Source: an uncultured Candidatus Saccharibacteria bacterium (GTDB taxonomy: Bacteria; Patescibacteriota; Dojkabacteria; J137; JAEUSD01). Taken from it: a DNA stretch of 61,117 bases. Positions 55,926 through 61,117 of this stretch are shown piece by piece. The translations under genes were made by a program, and so were the position numbers. Within the stretch, counting starts at the first letter, position 1. Every line of letters starts with the position of its first letter. Location: assembly GCA_964446595.1 (NCBI GenBank), contig CAYUPY010000001.1, positions 4,450-65,566 of the forward strand, given 5' to 3'. The notes beneath the pieces were generated by a model. That model ran no database searches, was not told the DNA's origin, and saw only the letters and a list, made by a program, of their open reading frames with translations.

Positions 55926-56390
55926 ATGAAGCTCCCCAAGTCTTTAAAAATGTTAAAAGAAATTCCAGTTTTTATTCAAATTCCAATTGCTATAGCCCTC
56001 ATTTGTTTTGTATGTTTTATTTGTTTTGCCTGTCTGACAGCATTTAGCACAATTGCCTCATCCAGTTACACTATTACTACTCAAACGGAACAGACCGACC
56101 AACAAGCAACTTATAAAATTGGACAAAAGGTCACTTTGGGCGAATATGTAGTGCAAGTAGCTAATCTTGAAAACCCTTTTGATTGGACCCTAAGCGATTC
56201 AGAGGGATACAATTACCAAGTAAACTTCTTTGCACCTAAAAACCCTGAGCTGACAAGTGGAAACTTAAACCCCACAAAAATTGCACGTGGCTGGGTCACT
56301 TTTGAGGTCAGGGAAGATGCCAACCAACTAACAGCTCAGTTTGATCCATCATTCTGGAGTGCAGATAATATTGAAATAGAGCTCTTCTAG
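55926..56390 (+). CDS. membrane-anchored protein with a DUF4352-like beta-sandwich
   Basis: The ATG at 55926 gives MKLPKSLK.. plus a TM segment. YKIGQKVTLGEYVVQV...GWVTFEV fits the pattern. The listed start at 55809 overlaps the divergent gene. Confidence 0.5.
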   Translation: MKLPKSLKMLKEIPVFIQIPIAIALICFVCFICFACLTAFSTIASSSYTITTQTEQTDQQATYKIGQKVTLGEYVVQVANLENPFDWTLSDSEGYNYQVNFFAPKNPELTSGNLNPTKIARGWVTFEVREDANQLTAQFDPSFWSADNIEIELF

Positions 56391-56391
56391 C

Positions 56392-57429
56392 ATGAGCATT
56401 GAGCAAAAACTTAGCGAACTACTCAGTAAACAAGTGAACAGCAAAGACGTCCATAGCGGCGTCTTGGCTGTATGTTCGCCTTCGCAAGATTTTAAGTGGC
56501 AAGACGCCGCTGGAGATGCTCATACCGATAGTGAATTCTTCATTGCCAGCACAACTAAGATGTTTACCGCAGCCATCATCATGCAGTTAGTTGAAGAAGT
56601 AAGGGTTAAACTAGAGGACAAAATATCTAACTACATCGATCAAGATTTAATGGCAGGACTTCACCTCTACAAAGGAGTAGACTATTCAGACAACATTACA
56701 GTTAGGCATTTGCTCTCAAATACCTCTGGCCTACCTGACTATTTCTCTGGAAAAGACGAAGCTGGTAAAACGCAGCTAGACCGTCTACTAGAAGACGGAG
56801 ATACAAACTGGACTGCCGTAGAGGCCATAGAACTAAGTAAGACAAGACAAGCGCCGTTATTTTCCCCTGGCACTATCGGCAAAGCTCATTATTCGGACAC
56901 TAACTTCCAATTGCTAAAGCTAATAATAGAGAAAATTACTGACAACTCAATAGATCAAGTTGTTTATAGCCGCATATCAGCTAGACTTAACTTAAAGCAA
57001 ACCTACATGTTTACTGGAAATACTAGTCCCCTGCCTTTCTACTATAAAAATATAGAAATGAATATCCCCAAGGCAATGGCTTCAGTCACAACTGATGGAG
57101 GGATGGTGTCTACTGGCAACGAACTACTAACTTTTGTAAAAGGCTTCTTTCAAGGAGAGTTATTTAGAGCTGAGCTATTAGATGAAATGCAAAACTGGAA
57201 TCCAATATTTTTCCCCTTACAATACGGTACTGGAATGATGCGGTTCAAACTACCACGACTTTTTAGCCCTTTTGCGCCACTTCCAGAGATGTTAGGGCAT
57301 TCCGGTGTAACTGGAGCTTTTGCCTACTATGTACCGAGCAAAAACCTATACATTGCAGGCACTCTGAATCAAATACATCCTAATAGTCGTCCTTACAAAT
57401 TATTGGTACAAGTGGCTAACCTGTTCTAG
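56392..57429 (+). CDS. beta-lactamase-fold serine hydrolase (class C / esterase-like)
   Basis: SxxK as ASTTK, YxN as YSDTN, and a third box HSG. Confidence 0.85.
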   Translation: MSIEQKLSELLSKQVNSKDVHSGVLAVCSPSQDFKWQDAAGDAHTDSEFFIASTTKMFTAAIIMQLVEEVRVKLEDKISNYIDQDLMAGLHLYKGVDYSDNITVRHLLSNTSGLPDYFSGKDEAGKTQLDRLLEDGDTNWTAVEAIELSKTRQAPLFSPGTIGKAHYSDTNFQLLKLIIEKITDNSIDQVVYSRISARLNLKQTYMFTGNTSPLPFYYKNIEMNIPKAMASVTTDGGMVSTGNELLTFVKGFFQGELFRAELLDEMQNWNPIFFPLQYGTGMMRFKLPRLFSPFAPLPEMLGHSGVTGAFAYYVPSKNLYIAGTLNQIHPNSRPYKLLVQVANLF

Positions 57430-58100
57430 TCCTCTGTAGCCATATAGCCAAAACCTCTTCTGGTGCGAATGTATTTTTCGCTTTTATCTTTTAGCTTACG
57501 TCGCAGTCTGCCAATATACACATCTACAGTTCTAGTCACAATCAGTTTTTCCATATTCCACACCCGCTCTAGAAGAGTATCACGACTAAACACAGTGCCT
57601 TTATTTGAAACTAAAAAGTAGAGTAGTTCGTACTCTTTGGCACTTGTCTTAATATATTTACCTTTTTTATAAACTAACTTTTTGAGTGTATCGATTTCCA
57701 AATCTCGATACGTAACAATATTCTCGGTAGGCTTACGTACGCTATTTAATCTAGCCCTAATCCGTGCACACAGTTCTGGAAACTCAAAAGGCTTAACTAC
57801 ATAGTCATTCACTCCTAAATTGAAAGCTTTGACCAAGCTATTTGTATCTTTATTCTCAGTTAATACTATCACCGGCACATTAGGGGCTGCCTTTTTAACC
57901 TCAAGCAAAGCAGTATCTTCTTTAAGGTTTTTATACACAATCTCCATAATAATTAGTCGGGGCCGACTTTTTTTGAGTAAATCTATGGCTTCAAGCGTAT
58001 CTAGGGCTTGCTCCACTTTGTAGCCCTGTAGTTCCAAATTTTCCTTTAGGTATGCCTGCAATTTTTCATCGTTGTCGATAATAAAAATTGTAAACGGCAC
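57426..58100 (-). CDS. OmpR/PhoB-family response regulator with Glu in place of the phospho-acceptor Asp
   Basis: Receiver plus winged helix (RTVDVYIGRLRRKL, RGFGY). The acceptor position reads LIIMEI (Glu53, codon 57942-57944). Confidence 0.85.
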   Translation of the reverse strand: MPFTIFIIDNDEKLQAYLKENLELQGYKVEQALDTLEAIDLLKKSRPRLIIMEIVYKNLKEDTALLEVKKAAPNVPVIVLTENKDTNSLVKAFNLGVNDYVVKPFEFPELCARIRARLNSVRKPTENIVTYRDLEIDTLKKLVYKKGKYIKTSAKEYELLYFLVSNKGTVFSRDTLLERVWNMEKLIVTRTVDVYIGRLRRKLKDKSEKYIRTRRGFGYMATED

Positions 58101-58187
58101 CGCATTTTGGTTTTGTGGGGATATCGTGATAACCTTATTTTAACAGATTTTCTATATATCTGTCTCTATACATGCTAATTACGCAGA

Positions 58188-58973
58188 ATGAAGAACCCTA
58201 TTCCCAGCTTAGGTTTTGGCACCTGGCAGCTTACAGGGCCAATTTGTACACAGTCAGTCAGTAAAGCCCTAGAAATTGGCTATAGGCATATCGATACTGC
58301 TGACATTTATCAAAATCATCAGGAGGTAGGCGCGGCTATCACTCAATCAGGTATCAAACGAGAAGACATTTTCCTTACCTCTAAAGTTTGGCGCCAAAGT
58401 TTAGCTCCAGAAAAAGTAATAGATGATTGTGACAGGTTCTTACAGGAATTGAACACTGATTACCTAGATTTATTGTTGATTCATTGGCCTAATCGCTCGG
58501 TACCCATTACAGATACCTTGACAGCAATGCAAACCCTCAAATCCGATGGCAAGGTGAAACACATTGGGGTTAGCAATTTTACTAAAGAGTTACTGACCGA
58601 AATCCCCACAGATATCGAGATATTCAATCACCAATTCGAATTTCATCCGAGCCTACAGCAATCAGAACTAATTGATTATTGTTTTCAGCGCGGCATTTCT
58701 GTTTCGGCGTATTCACCTTTAGGACAGGGAGAGGACCTTGCACTCCCAGAGGTAAAAGAAATAGCGAAATCTCACAATGTTGGGCCGGCAGAAGTAATTC
58801 TGGCTTGGATTTTGCAACGCGGCCTGATTGCTATCGTGCGAAGTTCAAATCCACAACACATTGAAGCCAATTGGCAGAGTCAAAATCTAAAATTAACATC
58901 CGAAGAGATAGAATTACTAAACGGGCTTGACCAAAATAACCGTACAGTTAGCCCAGGATTTGCACCGTTCTAA
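58188..58973 (+). CDS. aldo-keto reductase (2,5-diketo-D-gluconate reductase-like)
   Basis: Catalytic tetrad context: DTADIYQNH, LTSKVW, LLLIHWP. Confidence 0.9.
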   Translation: MKNPIPSLGFGTWQLTGPICTQSVSKALEIGYRHIDTADIYQNHQEVGAAITQSGIKREDIFLTSKVWRQSLAPEKVIDDCDRFLQELNTDYLDLLLIHWPNRSVPITDTLTAMQTLKSDGKVKHIGVSNFTKELLTEIPTDIEIFNHQFEFHPSLQQSELIDYCFQRGISVSAYSPLGQGEDLALPEVKEIAKSHNVGPAEVILAWILQRGLIAIVRSSNPQHIEANWQSQNLKLTSEEIELLNGLDQNNRTVSPGFAPF

Positions 58974-59077
58974 TTATTAACAGAATTTACATGATTTTTA
59001 CAGGGTCTTTATGGCAAATTGACCTCAATCACCTAATATTATTTAAATAGATATTTTATTTCTTATCTATAAAACAC

Positions 59078-59575
59078 ATGAGTAAGTTAGCAATAGGTCT
59101 GTTTACGGACAGCAAAAGGGCAGGAGAAGCAGTTAGCGAGTTAAATAAAGCTGGTTTTACTGATCAGATAACAGTAGTGGCCAAAGATGAAGATCAACAA
59201 TACATTGACACAACGGTACACCAAGTTAAAAATGAGAGTGGAGATGCCACAGCTGGGGGAGCAATCACTGGTACAATCCTAGGTGGGATTATTGGTTTCT
59301 TTGTGGGAGCCAGTGCTATTGCAGTGCCGGGTGGAGTTGTAGTACTGGGTACTTTAGCTACTACCTTAATCGGGATGGGCGGCGGAGCTACGATAGGAGC
59401 ACTTACTGGCGCACTAGTTGAGCGAGGAGTGCCAGAGGAACAAGTAACTATTTTTTCGGATCGCCTGCAAGCAGGAGATGTAGCAGTAGTGGCTGAAGTT
59501 GATGATGACAAAGTGGATGAGGTGGAAGAAATTATGGAGAACTATAATGTTCAACTGCTAGAAATATACGCTTAA
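59078..59575 (+). CDS. general-stress-protein-like (YflT/GSP17M-type ends) protein with a central Gly-zipper membrane segment
   Basis: N-terminus AIGLFTDSKRAGEAVSELNKAGF, C-terminus GVPEEQVTIFSDRLQAGDVAVVAEV, and a Gly/Ala/Ile-rich core. Confidence 0.55.
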   Translation: MSKLAIGLFTDSKRAGEAVSELNKAGFTDQITVVAKDEDQQYIDTTVHQVKNESGDATAGGAITGTILGGIIGFFVGASAIAVPGGVVVLGTLATTLIGMGGGATIGALTGALVERGVPEEQVTIFSDRLQAGDVAVVAEVDDDKVDEVEEIMENYNVQLLEIYA

Positions 59576-59582
59576 AGTTTGT

Positions 59583-59614
59583 CCCGCGGGGGCATGTTTA
59601 CATGCCCCCGCGGG
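59583..59614. terminator. perfect 14-bp GC-rich palindrome between convergent genes, overlapping the 3' end of the HD gene
   Basis: CCCGCGGGGGCATG-TTTA-CATGCCCCCGCGGG. The stop codon of 59598..60173 lies in the loop. Confidence 0.6.
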
Positions 59615-60173
59615 GTTCTGCAATATTTGTAAACATATCTTTCCATTGATTGAATACTGCCACCTTTTCCTCCCCAAATCGCGCAATGCTCTTATACGCC
59701 TCCTCCATACTTTTCTCTATTAATAATCTTGAGGGATCCTTACTATAAAATAAATCCGCCCAACTAATTATTTTCTCTTCTATGCTTTCAGCTAGCATGT
59801 CTCTGGTAGGTAGTGGTAGTCCTTCAGACTCTATCTGCTGCCGAGAAATACCCACACCTGTATGTCTTTCACACACTAGAGCATGTCTAGGCAGCCCTTC
59901 GTCTTCAAGGATATTACGTCCTTCTGTGCCATGACAGATATACGGTAGAGCACCTTCACACCCCAGTTCCGCATCGTCAACCTCTACTATACCAATATCG
60001 TGTAACATAGCTGCTTCTTCAATAAACTGAAGCTGTGAAGGCGAAAGTTCCATGGACTTAGCGATTTTAAGGGCTTTCGCCGTCACCAAGCTCACATGTG
60101 CCACATAAATATTCTTAGTCCAAGAGTTCTTAATATATCTGTCGATTATCGACCAGTAGTCAACTTTACTCAC
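59598..60173 (-). CDS. HD-domain (HDIG-type) phosphohydrolase
   Basis: His...HD signature (AAMLHDIG) plus downstream His and Asp residues. GTG start. Confidence 0.8.
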   Translation of the reverse strand: MSKVDYWSIIDRYIKNSWTKNIYVAHVSLVTAKALKIAKSMELSPSQLQFIEEAAMLHDIGIVEVDDAELGCEGALPYICHGTEGRNILEDEGLPRHALVCERHTGVGISRQQIESEGLPLPTRDMLAESIEEKIISWADLFYSKDPSRLLIEKSMEEAYKSIARFGEEKVAVFNQWKDMFTNIAEPRGGM

Positions 60174-60276
60174 CTCATATCTTAGCAGAAAACAAACTTA
60201 ACCTACTGTATAAATGAGCTTTTAGATCTTTTATGCTATTATAGCTGTAGTATATAAGAATAATCCCTGTACTGAA

Positions 60277-60810
60277 ATGTTAAAGGATCTACCCTTCGCT
60301 ATCACTAGTCCACCATTTTTAATACCTGAGCAGTCAAGCAATGCCGAAGTTTTTGAAGTAGAAATAAAAGGAATCCTTTATATACTTAAAGATATCAAGG
60401 TCGGGACTATGGCTTACTTACGAGCACCAGGAGAGAGTATGGCGCAAAAAGCAAGTTCGTTACAGTTTTTTATGGACGTACTACTAGAGTATCTTCCTCA
60501 GAACGTATGCCCCACAAGATTTATTATTGCCTATGACCGCGATTATCGACCTTGCATAAGGGTTATTCAAAAAAAGGTTGCAGGGCAACGCCTTGACAGT
60601 TATTTGCAGGGAGTTGACCTAAAGACTTACAACATTATTATTTCGTCCTTAAGAGATCTAAATCTTAGGCTACAAGAAGCATTCAGTGACGATCGCATTG
60701 CCAACGAATATTTCCGTAGGTTAATAAATTGGGTTAGTTATGAAGCTTTTATACCCAAAAACGTATTTGTGTCTAGTGGATACAAGTTGGTACTAGTAGA
60801 CCTAATTTAA
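60277..60810 (+). CDS. hypothetical protein (177 aa), faint kinase-like pattern
   Basis: ORF only. FEVEIKGILYILKD and LVLVDL are suggestive, but no HxD catalytic loop is present. Confidence 0.4.
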   Translation: MLKDLPFAITSPPFLIPEQSSNAEVFEVEIKGILYILKDIKVGTMAYLRAPGESMAQKASSLQFFMDVLLEYLPQNVCPTRFIIAYDRDYRPCIRVIQKKVAGQRLDSYLQGVDLKTYNIIISSLRDLNLRLQEAFSDDRIANEYFRRLINWVSYEAFIPKNVFVSSGYKLVLVDLI

Positions 60811-60891
60811 TCTGGCTGCTGCATTAGTTGCATTATCCCGACAGGTGCTTTTAGGAATAGAAAGCCATAATGTTCAGAAAGAACACCTGTT

Positions 60892-61083
60892 CTAACTACC
60901 TAGCATTTCAGCGCTGTTCTGTTCGAATACCAATATAAACACCAGCAGCCCTACTAAGATGGCTGTGAGGATGACGGCTCTGATAGCAAGTTTACGCAAA
61001 TCTTCTTTGCCAACGGACTTTACTGGTTTGTGGGTAGCGCTGTCAGCACTAATCGGTCTGTGGCGTTCCATAAGGGTGTACAA
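60892..61083 (-). CDS. small single-pass membrane protein (63 aa)
   Basis: TM segment AVILTAILVGLLVFILVF. Confidence 0.35.
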   Translation of the reverse strand: MYTLMERHRPISADSATHKPVKSVGKEDLRKLAIRAVILTAILVGLLVFILVFEQNSAEMLGS

Positions 61084-61117
61084 GTGTATAAAGTAAGTTG
61101 TTCAAATGGAGTATCCT

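Noticed and set aside
58843-58852. tRNA T-arm-like GTTCAAATCC
   Set aside because: It lies in-frame inside the aldo-keto reductase CDS. No acceptor, D or anticodon arms can be drawn around it.
59194-59511. 105-aa antisense ORF rich in Pro/Ala/Thr/Ser opposite 59078..59575
   Set aside because: It is the mirror image of the Gly/Ala/Ile-rich coding strand. The sense strand shows YflT-like terminal motifs.
1-61117. CRISPR arrays, transposases, integrases, prophage genes, rRNA and tRNA genes
   Set aside because: I found no regularly spaced direct repeats, no DDE, tyrosine or serine recombinase motifs, no phage structural genes and no cloverleaf-compatible sequences in the intergenic regions inspected by eye.

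Overview
61-kb chromosomal window from a moderately AT-rich bacterium using the standard genetic code. About 55 tightly packed genes, many with overlapping stop and start codons, and almost no Shine-Dalgarno sequences upstream of starts. I saw no rRNA, tRNA, CRISPR array, transposase or integrase. Housekeeping genes I recognise from motifs: uvrB, nth, proS, pcm, a clpC-type AAA+ gene, a GH1 beta-glucosidase, an RND permease, eno, gpmI, a DEAD-box helicase, typA, rlmN, an aldo-keto reductase, a beta-lactamase-fold hydrolase, and Nudix, HD and MazG-like hydrolases. The mix of a reduced glycolytic and repair gene set, many unrecognisable ORFs, a giant surface protein and a type IV pilus locus fits a small-genome, possibly episymbiotic (CPR/Patescibacteria-like) organism. 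That placement is inference only. Most interesting: (1) a 12-kb co-directional block at 26328-38594. It holds a CHASE-like sensor, a PAS histidine kinase, a CheY-like regulator, pilB, pilC and six pilin-like genes. Two tandem paralogues of about 590 aa (33791-37299) combine a prepilin N-terminus with LVIVD-type beta-propeller repeats and a C-terminal CBM2-like carbohydrate-binding module, so they are candidate pilus-displayed glycan adhesins. (2) A 2074-aa membrane-anchored protein (9197-15421) carries four different cell-wall or glycan hydrolase-like modules. (3) Three ORFs with no recognisable motif are interleaved with uvrB and nth (2696-6520). Regulatory RNA/DNA calls: a T-box leader before proS, a CIRCE-like operator before clpC, a 24-nt perfect palindrome before eno whose arm recurs inside a glycosyltransferase gene, and GC-rich perfect palindromes at gene 3' ends. 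All functional calls rest on motifs read by eye from the supplied translations. No database search was run.
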